Below, one piece after another: positions 1 through 10,325 of a stretch of 64,000 bases of DNA. The notes beneath the pieces are model-generated. The model worked only from the letters and a program-made list of their open reading frames with translations, had not been told where the DNA came from and made no database searches. How positions within the stretch are numbered: the stretch's first letter is position 1; each line of letters opens with the position of its first letter. The position numbers and the translations under genes are program-made. The DNA is from Macrostomum hystrix (taxonomy: Eukaryota; Animalia; Platyhelminthes), in assembly GCA_950097015.1 (NCBI GenBank), contig CATNEN010000031.1, positions 248,001 to 312,000 of the forward strand. The letters run 5' to 3'.

Positions 1-1612
1 GCCTTTGGAACTGTGGCCGCTGCTGCTGCTGTGAGTGCCGCTGCCGCCTGAAGCTTGGCCGCCTCTTCGGTCGCCCGTTGGTGCTCGGCGGATGCGACTT
101 TGCAGGCCTTGCTAGTTGTGCGGTGGCGCTCGCAGCAGTTGGCGCACAGCGGGTCAGCAGTGTAGCTGGTGAAGGCATGCGGCCCAGCGCAAATGCGGCA
201 TTTCTGGACACTCTGGCAGCCCGATGATCGGTGACCAAACGCCTGGCAGCGCTGGCATTGTACTGCTCGCATCGGGCGGGCCGATTTGCTGTGCTCACAG
301 CTAAAGGACATGAAGTCCGTCCTGATGCCGTGCTGGACGCAGCTGTCGGCGTCTCCTGGTAAGGACAGAAGACACGCAGCATCTGTGTCGGCTTGCCGGT
401 AGTTTTGGCTACTATGCGGTGTGCGCTGGAGAGTTTCAGGTGCATGTCTTCCCGCATCACTCGGACGAACTCCGCCGGCTTGACATTAAGTGGCACGTCA
501 CGGACGACGAAGCTGGGCTCGTTACGGCGCTGCCCGGCTTGGGCTGGAGCTGCACTGGATGTCATCGGTTGCCTGGCTACTGCTAGACGCCGCGACACCT
601 GCTGTTCTAGGAGCAGCGGATTCCTGAGCACGCCCTGAAGGAATGTGTTAACGTCCCTCGGCGCCTCTGGGAATACGAGGTAGCTGTTATTTCCTGTTGA
701 GCGGACATTTACGGCCCTCGCGTTGCCCTGGAAATTTGATTGTAGCCAGGAGACAAAGAGCAGCTGGTCGTTCGCTGCCTTCGGCGCCACAGTGAACACC
801 ACAGGCGGAATTGCCGCTAGGGCCCACTGGCGGACTGGCTGATCGGTCGCCCACCTCGTCGCCAGGTAGGCGAACGACGGTGGCGCCTTCGGAACCGTTG
901 AGACCTCTGGTGCTGCCTCTACCACCGCCGCCGCCGCCGCCGCCGCTGCCGCGGTGGCTGAGGTGTCTGAGGTGTCAGACGTCGCTTCAGCCGTTGCCTT
1001 TGCTAGGGGACTCTTGACGCCGAGAGGCTCTTCTGCTTGGCGCTTACGGTTACGGTTGTCCTTTAGCTCCGCGGTGACACGGAATGTTAGCGACACTCGG
1101 GCTCCCTGCTGCGCATGCACCGCTGGCACGGCGTGTTGCATCTTGCGCTGGCAGGCTCCGGCCATGGTGATCAACGAGCCAGGCAGCGTGTCGAACTTAT
1201 AAATGACGTTATGGGTGCGCTTGTCCCGCAAGCAGAACGTCCTGGAGGCGCCGAACGACACCGTGGCGATGGTCGGATTTGTCCCTAGCTCCGGCTCATC
1301 TTCAGAGTGGTAAGGAATATTGTCATCAGCGTCTTGATAAAAGTTGACCAGACAGCTGTTGAATATTGGAAAGTCAATGCCCGACTCATCCACCAGGTAG
1401 TCGCGAATCGCTAGCAGCGTCGGGTGCCAGTCGTTGTTCGCAGCTAGAGCGACTCCTGAGTAGGAGTATGCGGGGCCAATCCAGTGGTCAAGCCTTCTCT
1501 CGCTAGGTCGGTGCCGGATGGCCTTGGGCAGTAGCTCAGCCATGAGCTGCTCGTAGACTATGTCTGCGCAGTTGGCCAGGGCAATTTCATCCGCGTTAAA
1601 ACTTATGTATTT
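1..1612 (-). mobile_element. Non-LTR retrotransposon ORF1 (gag-like, three zinc knuckles) with an N-terminal AlkB-like 2OG-Fe(II) dioxygenase domain; runs off the window edge; one frameshift
   Basis: Hand translation of the minus strand: NSCLVNFYQDADDNIPYHSEDEPELGTNPTIATVSFGASRTF...MQHAVP...RVSLTFR (AlkB, ~1580-1078), an Ala-rich linker, an ORF1-like core (FVVRDVPLNV...MLRVFCP), then after a 1-nt slip near 351 VQCQRCQAFGHRSSGC..CRICAGPH..CANCCERHRTTSKAC. It is absent from the ORF track, probably because it has no stop inside the window. Confidence 0.85.
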
Positions 1613-3747
1613 CTTGCTACAAAAAACGCATTTAAAAAACTTTTTACCGTATGTTTCTAGAAAAAAAGATCGCTGCTACATCATATATAATACAAAGCTT
1701 TCAGAATCTTACACAAGATCTTGAAATTTGTGCATTTGTGTAAATCTTGCACAAATCTTGTGTGACGAAGAACTTTGTCAAGGCTAATATACGAGTAGCT
1801 AAGCTAGTATTATACATTTCACTTGTCTTTCTGGACGGATAGAACACAACAAGGGAATGGGGGCGAAAAGGGGATAGTAACCTAATTAAAGATAGAAACT
1901 ATAGAATAAGCGACTTATACACTATACAAGGTTGTATTACGTCGAATTCTGCAGCTAATGCCAACTGCCCCCCCCCGACTTCCGACAGACACTTATGAAG
2001 CACCTTAAATTTAAGAGACGGGCTTGCTGGGGGCCTACCGAACCAATGGCGCTGTGTTAGACAGTATTGCCGAAAAGTAATGCTCTCCTGTCTGCCGCCT
2101 CAGCACATCTCCATCGCAAAGCCACTATATTCCGCCTCTAGTATGACTGGATGGTCCCCATTGGGACAGCTTTTTTGGGCGCAGGGTTGGGGCGATATGC
2201 GCCCACCCTACGCCCGGGGTGATATATATTATATACCAGGGTGATTTTCCTATACGCCTGCTGTACGACCAGGCGCCGCCCGGGCGTAGGGTTTTATTAA
2301 AATTACGTACTTTTGCTGTTTTTTTCGTGTAGTACACGTGACTTGTGATTGTAGAAAATTATAATTTCACCTTTAACATGTCTAATTGCTCTGAAATATG
2401 GCAATATTATTTTCAATATTTTCGAAATTCTCTACTAAATTTTCTTAATTTTTTTCGTTTGCGAAAATATTTGGAGGAAGATTAATTTGCTATGTGCTAC
2501 TATTAGTAGAATCGATATGATAGTGTTTCAGTCATATCCTATAGCTCATTCCTTCCGAAAGAAGGAATATATATATAGCTTAAATCCTCCCAATCCAAGA
2601 GGCCTGCATGGGAATGTACATGTGAAGTTACATGTAAAGAATGACACCTGTACATGTAGACTGCAACTATACGAGTCTGCATGACAACTTAGTGTAATAG
2701 CTAGCCAGTGTATAAAAATGGTTGCTTAATGTTCAATAATTAGTATATAACACCCAGCTGTACCAGGAGTTGTTGGGGTGAATGGGGGTCAGCATGGCGT
2801 AACTCAGTCCATGGACTGAACAGCTCTGCAGCCAGCAGCTTGACATTCGTATTCGATGTTTTGCACACGTGTTTTGCACGTGTCTGATCCCCAATCGTCA
2901 TGGAAACTGCCAAGGCAATGGAAGGAAAATGGAAAGGATAAAGAACGGACTGTGGCGGCTCACTTTCGCACGTCTTAAATCCTGCGTTTGGCACCGCCCA
3001 TTAACTATAGCGAATCTGTCGCTATGCAAAAATACCTATATGAAGTTTTGGTAACTATGGGCTTCAATCAAATGGGAGAGGGAGAGCAGTTGAGCGCGAG
3101 GGGTGCAGTAGAGTGAGAGGGAGATTAGTAGGGTGAGAGGGAGAGCAGTCAATAAGCTCAATGTACTTTTAGTTGCTTGCTCGTACGTGTGCATGTAAAA
3201 TCTAGGTGATGGAACAAACCTAAACTTGAAAGTATGAAAGTACAGTTTCAAACATCTATAATGGACTGATACGCCCGAAATACATCCTAGGCTGTTCAAA
3301 GTTGGTTTACTTTCCTTCCCCTATTAGGGCGTTATACAAAGGAGAGAGAGCGCACATCTCTGTCTACTTCTCTTATTTCAACAAGCGGAAAGGTTTTGAG
3401 TCCAGAGTTTCGGAAGTCGCATTGGCGTGCATTGTAATTTCTACCCCTCATGCTCATTTTCTTTCTATTCCACGAAAGGCCCACCCCATCGCGGGCTTCT
3501 TTCTATTCACCAGCCCCTCGCAGTTCGCAAGCTCTAAAACAAGCTAACCGTTGCTCTTGGAAACCAGTGTAGTTGTTCTCTCCCTAGCAGCGGCCGCTCC
3601 TTCCCTTCTGCCAGAGGTTTTGTGCATGGCAGAGTGAGCGATATTAGAGCAAAGAGAAACGAATTTGCTTCTTCACACTACTCTCCAAGCCAGCTCTTCT
3701 ACAAGGAAAGTTCATTAAGATTCAGTTATCCTTCACATTCATTTGTG

Positions 3748-4437
3748 ATGGATCGTCTGGCTGCACTAGAAAAAATTCAGGTGAAGCAGAAGGTGGAGCT
3801 CATTGAGGCGGTGACAGGCTTTGAGACGAATAATGAGTATGAAATCAAAGACGGCGCTGGAGTGACTTTCCTCAAGGCCAAAGAAGACACAGGCCTTTGC
3901 GGCCGCATGTGCTGTGGTCCGCACCGCGCCTTTACTATCAACATCACCGATTCCAATGGCCGGAATGTGATCCGCGTCGTGCGCGACTACAAGTGCTTTT
4001 TCATCGGACAGTGTTGCAGCTGCTGTAGCTGCTGTCGGGACAGTGTAACAGTGGAAGCGCCACAGGGCAACGTCGTCGGATACGTGCTTCAGCAGTGCAG
4101 CGCGTGCAACGCTAACTTTACTGTAAGAGACTCGCATGGCATGGTTGTACTGCACCTAAAGGGACCCTGCTATTGCGGTTGCCGTTGTCCAGGACAAAAG
4201 TATACCTTTCGTATGATGTCCGCTGATGAGACCCAAGAGGTCGGTCGGCTGCACAAGGAGTGGGCGGGCTTCGCAAAAGAGATTCTAACCGATGCTGACA
4301 CGTTTCTTCTCGAGGTACCACAGGACATGGCAGTGGAAACCAAGGCGACTTTGATTGCAGCTGTGCTGCTAATTGACTTCATGTTTTTTGAGGACAACAG
4401 TGGCAAGAACAAAGTCGCCAGCACGCATCATCATTAA
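3748..4437 (+). CDS. PLSCR: Phospholipid scramblase family protein, intronless
   Basis: MDRLAALEKIQVKQKVELIEAVTGFETNNEYEIK...AKEDTGLCGRMCCGPHRAF...Cys-rich cluster...KEWAGFAKEILTDADTFLLEVPQDMAVETKATLIAAVLLIDFMFFE matches the scramblase family pattern. First ATG at 3748; AATAAA at 4686. Confidence 0.93.
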   Translation: MDRLAALEKIQVKQKVELIEAVTGFETNNEYEIKDGAGVTFLKAKEDTGLCGRMCCGPHRAFTINITDSNGRNVIRVVRDYKCFFIGQCCSCCSCCRDSVTVEAPQGNVVGYVLQQCSACNANFTVRDSHGMVVLHLKGPCYCGCRCPGQKYTFRMMSADETQEVGRLHKEWAGFAKEILTDADTFLLEVPQDMAVETKATLIAAVLLIDFMFFEDNSGKNKVASTHHH

Positions 4438-4794
4438 GAGTGCTCTTCTGAGAACATTGGTCGATAAACTGTAAATGGGATTTTTACTCGACCGAAATAT
4501 TTATTATTGTGTCGATTTTTATAGCTTATGAACTGTCTGTTAAGAATAACATTCAGAATTGTTGTCCAATCTTGACTTGCAGCATAAATCACAACACAAC
4601 AAATATAGCTACCATTATTTTTAGGTTCTGCAAGTGACAGGAAAAAATCACTTTAACAAAGCTAGTTTTTCTACTAAGAATTTTCAATAAACAACATGTC
4701 TATTCACAGCCGCTCCATTAAACGAAGGCTCATATTGCATGACAATAGGCATTCAAACTTGCACTGACCTATCTCGTATATTCTTGCACTGACC

Positions 4795-6214
4795 CGCCTC
4801 ATCTGGGCCAGTGCCATGAGCATCCAGAAAAACCTGGAGGCGCTTTATAGGGTGCAGGGCAGAGCCTGTCGCATGACGCTGGGCGCCCCACCCTCCACTC
4901 CCTTTGAAGGCATGAACGCTTTCCTCAACGCTACACCCATTGACATTTTTGTTAAGGGGGAAGCGGCAAAGTCCACCCGTCGTCTCCTTGATGCGGGTGT
5001 ATCCTTCCAGAATTCGCGAGCCTTCTCGAAGCGCTCCCTTCTGCCCCACTCTGACCTCTGCCTGAAAACTCTGGGCGAGTGCGGAGGGCTCACCATCCTT
5101 TCGGACGGGGCCCCGGCCACTTTACTCCGGAGCCACAGGTACAAAGTCAGCATCTTCCCTCGTAATGAGGTAAAGGACTGCTGGGATGACCCCGCAGTCC
5201 ACTGTTACACTGACGGCTCCCTGATGAACGGTAAATCGGGATTCGGGGTGTGCGTCGCCTCGGGTGGCGAGGTCCTCTGGACCCACTCCCAACACTGTGG
5301 CAAGAGCTCAAGCGTTTTCCAAAACGAAATGCTCGCCATCAGCTTCTGTGCGGCTGAGCTGCGCCAGAGGCAGCTGGCTGGTCGGAGGATCTTTTTTCAC
5401 TCCGACAGTCAAGCAGCCCTCAAGGCCCTCAGTCGCTGCACCTCTCGCTCCAGAACCACCTTGGACTGCAACACCCAGTTAAACGGTTTGGCGCAGTCTA
5501 ACAAGGTGGAGCTGATGTGGATCCCTGGGCACGCCGGGCTCACAGGGAATGAGATGGCGGACGAGCTTGCAAAGGCTGGAGCAGCCAGCTCCCTGATGGG
5601 CCCGGGCCCGGAATCCCCGATCCCCGCCTCCGTTGTCAACTCCAGCATCAACCACTGGATGGAGACCCAGCACCGGAGGAGGTGGTCCAGCACCCTGAAC
5701 TGTCGCCAGTCCAGGGCTGCGGTGCCAACCCCCTCTAGTAACCTGCGTAAGGCCTTACTCAGGCTAAACCGCAGAGACCTGAGAGCAGTCACCATGGCCC
5801 TTTCGGGACATGGCTGCTTCACCAGACACCGCTACCTCCAAGGCCACGTGCCTGAGGAAACGTGTCCTCTCTGCTGCTCCGGCCGTGAAAACGCCGAGCA
5901 TTTCATTTGCCACTGCCCGGCCTTCACCCGGGCTAGGCTAAAACACCTCGGGCCGGCACCGACTCTTGCCGAAGCCTGCTCGCCCGAGAACATCCCTCAG
6001 CTCACCCACTTCCTCCGGGATACCGGCCGAGCTGATTTCTTCCCAGCCTATGGCGAGGAAGATCGCGCGGCGGAACCGACCGACGGACCACCCTGAGCGG
6101 CACCGCCTCGCTGGAGGCCGTCTGGCTGCCAGGGGTTAGCGATATGGGCGGCAACAGCCGCCTCCTCGCTGCGTCCGTCATGGAGGCCCCCTGCCGCTAA
6201 GTCAAGTAAGTCAA
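4795..6214 (+). mobile_element. 5'-truncated LINE (R1/Loa/I group) with RT thumb, RNase H, C-terminal CCHC finger and a (TAAGTCAAG)2 tail
   Basis: Uninterrupted ORF 4816-6096: [40 protein letters not shown] (RNase H) and [18 protein letters not shown]. The 3' UTR ends in taagtcaagtaagtcaag. Confidence 0.93.
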
Positions 6215-7098
6215 GCGGCCGCATGTGCTGTGGTCCGCACCGCGCCTTTACTATCAACATCACCGATTCCAATGGCCGGAATGTGATCCGCGTCGTGCGC
6301 GACTACAAGTGCTTTTTCATCGGACAGTGTTGCAGCTGCTGTAGCTGCTGTCGGGACAGTGTAACAGTGGAAGCGCCACAGGGCAACGTCGTCGGATACG
6401 TGCTTCAGCAGTGCAGCGCGTGCAACGCTAACTTTACTGTAAGAGACTCGCATGGCATGGTTGTACTGCACCTAAAGGGACCCTGCTATTGCGGTTGCCG
6501 TTGTCCAGGACAAAAGTATACCTTTCGTATGATGTCCGCTGATGAGACCCAAGAGGTCGGTCGGCTGCACAAGGAGTGGGCGGGCTTCGCAAAAGAGATT
6601 CTAACCGATGCTGACACGTTTCTTCTCGAGGTACCACAGGACATGGCAGTGGAAACCAAGGCGACTTTGATTGCAGCTGTGCTGCTAATTGACTTCATGT
6701 TTTTTGAGGACAACAGTGGCAAGAACAAAGTCGCCAGCACGCATCATCATTAAGAGTGCTCTTCTGAGAACATTGGTCGATAAACTGTAAATGGGATTTT
6801 TACTCGACCGAAATATTTATTATTGTGTCGATTTTTATAGCTTATGAACTGTCTGTTAAGAATAACATTCAGAATTGTTGTCCAATCTTGACTTGCAGCA
6901 TAAATCACAACACAACAAATATAGCTACCATTATTTTTAGGTTCTGCAAGTGACAGGAAAAAATCACTTTAACAAAGCTAGTTTTTCTACTAAGAATTTT
7001 CAATAAACAACATGTCTATTCACAGCCGCTCCATTAAACGAAGGCTCATATTGCATGACAATAGGCATTCAAACTTGCACTGACCTATCTCGTATATT
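6215..7098 (+). repeat. 884-bp direct duplication of 3899-4782 (3' part of the scramblase gene plus 3' UTR), flanking the LINE
   Basis: Both ends show a constant offset of 2316 bp (gcggccgcatg... to ...atctcgtatatt). No differences were seen by eye. Confidence 0.95.
6223..6753 (+). pseudogene. N-terminally truncated duplicate scramblase ORF (176 aa)
   Basis: Identical to the C-terminal 176 aa of the upstream scramblase and begins at an internal in-frame ATG. Confidence 0.85.
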
Positions 7099-7480
7099 GT
7101 TATCTTGGTGTAAAATCAAGGGCCAAACTATTTGGTTTTTGGCACTCTTTAATCTGTTTTGCTTCTGGTCAGCGGTGCACTCACTTCCTTTTGTTTATCA
7201 AGCTGATGCTATTTTGCCCTAATATACCTTAGGTATATACTTTCTAGCATCTACGCCTCAAATAGCACAGCTTCATGCCAGTTTATTTTAATACTAAAGC
7301 TCCGCTCCTTTTTGCATTGTTTTTGTTTTTCTAGTAGATTTATTTTCTTTTTTTCTCATCAAATCCGGTAGTTAGACTATGATATGTTGACTGCGATGGT
7401 GTATTTTCATGGGTGATTGTGCAAGTCTTAAGCATCACCAAAACCTTTAAGTACAAAGACATCAGCCCGAGAGTCTATGT

Positions 7481-7527
7481 GTGTGTGTGTGTGTGTTGGT
7501 TCGGATCCCTCGCTAGGCATACGGGGG
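7481..7527 (-). mobile_element. 47-bp extremely 5'-truncated retroposon insertion with a (CA)n tail and 12-bp TSD
   Basis: gagagtctatgt occurs at 7469-7480 and 7528-7539, enclosing a (GT)n run plus ~30 nt of unique sequence. Confidence 0.75.
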
Positions 7528-7800
7528 GAGAGTCTATGTCGAAGTGCCAGTTGAAACTGACCAAAAGACATTTGTGAGTTCTATAGAAAGGGGAAAGACA
7601 AATTATGTTTTGGACAGTCTGTTCTGGACGTCCTGCTGCTCACCTTGCAGGGTCCGCTAAGGCGGACATGGACTGCTTTTTTGCAACGCAAAGCGCCAGA
7701 CGAGGCAAACGGGCCGAACTTTGTCCGCTCGCTGGTAGACAAACGCGCACCATCTGCTGCTGCCCCCATATGACATTGGCGCTTGCATTGGTTTTGATTT

Positions 7801-10325
7801 TGTTGTGTGTGTGTATTCGGTAAGCGTATACAGCGTACAGCGTACCCACTCTAGGCCTTAGAAACTTCACGACCTTCTGCTCATCTGTCTGGCTCTCCGC
7901 TCCTTCGATGCCGTATTCCAGTCGCACCGCGTCCCACAGGCAGCACTCCAGCCAGTGGTCCTTGCTCTAGGCCGCTCCGCAGGCACCGCACTCCTTGACG
8001 GGGTCCAGTCCGACCTTCTGCCTCCAGTAGGCCGTCCATTTGCAGTGGCCGCTGCGGAGTTGGGCTAGCGTCACCTCCACTATCCGACTCTGCTAAAAAA
8101 CGCTCGATCCTCCTGCTATAAACTTTCGGAAGTCTGCCTTCGCTCATCGGTGCGCTAGGCAGTCTCAGAATGCGGCTCTTCGCCCGATCCCATTCCAGGG
8201 GCACCTGTACCTGATGCAGCCCCGTGGCCGTCTTAGCTTCCTGGTCCGCCAGCTCATTTCCCTCAATCCCCACGTGCCCGGGGGATCCATTGCAGTCTGA
8301 TCTTGCACCACTCTTGCACCACTTGCAAGACGATGTGGTAGAGGCAGGTCGACCGGTTTATAGCCTCACTGCGGAGTTTCATCAAACTCCGCAGTGAGGA
8401 CGACTTGCTATCCGTGAGGATTAGGGCGCTTTTCGGGCGGGTCTCTTCGATGACGTCCAACGCCAGCTCCAAAGCTCCGATCTCCGCTGACATCGAGCTA
8501 TACAGACTGCCTGAAGCAGCTCTGCGGACAATCCTGCTGCGATCTCCTTCGGCCACGCACGTCGTTCCGCCGTCCTTCTGGCCCTCGCCCACAGATCCAT
8601 CCGTGCATCTCGCATCTCGACTGGGTTCCTGGCTTCGATTGTGCGGGCGGCTTACTCCGCCAGTCCGTCGTCACCTTTCTTCCCGCCGTCGATTAGCTTG
8701 GTCGCGATCTTGACTCCATCCAGGGCTAGCCTTCTCCATGGTTGATGCCTCTTCTCGCTAAAGCTTTGTCGCGGGTGCTCCGATGTGTTGAGGCAGGCTT
8801 CGCGCTCTCTCAATCCCTTGTTCGCGGCCAGCCTGCGGTTTCCGTGGTGTTCACTACACTTCCTGAGGAGGTTCTCGTTGGTCGCGCACCGCCTTCTCTC
8901 AGGTAACCATGGCGCGTTTACGAGCCTGGATGCGAATCGGTTCAACGTCCGTTTCCAGGTACACTGCCTAGACCGGAGAGGAGCGCACGAGCCCAGCGAT
9001 GGTCCTTCAGGCATTCTGGTTGGACGCGCTCGATCTTCTCCAGTCCGGAGTTCGCTAACCATGGCAGCCAGGCGGATGCGCTGTACCATACACGCAGTAC
9101 CATGCGCAGTACCTTACAGCTCTCCACGATGCTCTTGTACACCATGAGGAGCTCTTCCGTTCGCCAGCCCCAGCTGATGTTGGCCAACGCACGAATGGCT
9201 CTCTGGCGCCTTCTCTGGCGCACGAATGGCTCATCTTCATCTTGGTGATAACCGTGTCCACATGCGCCGCAAGATCAGGCGTCCATGGATAAAGACTCAG
9301 AGATACTTTAGCTGTCGCACTGTAGCAATGGTCTTGCCGGCGATACTCAGGTCCGCATCCGCCGCATTGTCCGTAGGAGACCTACTAAGGATGCACGCCT
9401 CATATTTTTGGGTTAAATTATATTTTTAGTCCTTTCGCCCAGCGACCAATCTTGTCCAACCTCTCTGCATCTGCTCCGTGACTTCCAAATTCGACATCCG
9501 GTTCCTCCAGGTCGCTGCACCCGTTGGGGTAAAGCAGGAACAACGCCGGGGAGCTTACCGCCCCTGTGGGAGGCCTTCCTGGAGTCTGCGCCACTTGTTG
9601 ATTCCATCACCGGTTCTGACTCTAGCCTGCCGTCCTTCGAGAAAGCTGGCGAACCACGGAACGATCGGACTAGGGGTTCTCTCCTCCATCGGCCTGTCAA
9701 TGAGCTTCACTCTCCAGACCCTCTCGTAGGCCTTCGTGCAGGCGAGGGAGACGGCGATGAATTTCGAGGTTTTCGCTCCTCCCGTCCTGGATAAATTGCA
9801 ATAGCCGGATAACCTGCTCTTCGGTGCTACGGCAGTTCTCGTTAGCCCGCTACACGCTCCGTGGAAGTTTTTTTGGCACTCTTGGCAGCTGATCGAGGTG
9901 TATCCTGAGGTGATCTTTTTGTTACACTGGCCGCACGGACCAGGATTTTCCTCGACGTCCCCCGAGGTGAGCAACACGTCTTTAACGCGCCAGCAGTCCC
10001 GGTGGAGCTCGAGCGCGCTGTACTTCGCCATCCCTTCTCTCGTCTTCTCTCTTAGAAGGTCGTCCGTAGCTGTCCAGATTTTCGTCATTCCCACCCCTTT
10101 TTCTCCCAGGTGGAAGTCCAGCTGTCATGCAGGTCCGCCTCTGCCGTCAGCGCAGTACAGCTTGTTATACTGCGCAGGACCTGGCTCTGCACTGTCTGCA
10201 GGCGTGACCAGTGCAAGTCGTCCAGTTTCGGTGCCCACTCCGGGGCGGCATACTCTAGCACTGGCCCGAAAGCGATTTCGTGAACTTGCCCTCAAGCGCG
10301 CGATTTGACGCTCCCCCCAGGTATA
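7801..10325 (-). mobile_element. Decayed, internally deleted Ingi-like LINE: 2A peptide, partial PHD finger, RT remnants, RNase H, (CA)n tail
   Basis: LLTSGDVEENPGP (9974-9936) is followed by CGQC..CQECQKNFHGAC. RT pieces: AVSLACTKAYERVW, WFASFLEGRQARVR, GLPQG. Thumb: LANISWGWRTEELLMVYKS. RNase H: SAEIGALELAL, ILTDSKS, LQWIP/GHVGIEGNELADQEAK. Many frameshifts and stops. Confidence 0.85.

Noticed and set aside
3622-3747. Upstream extension of the scramblase ORF from GTG; likewise TTG starts for the GPCR (21864) and NOSIP (55709)
   Set aside because: Family similarity begins at the downstream ATG; the track uses bacterial-style alternative starts.
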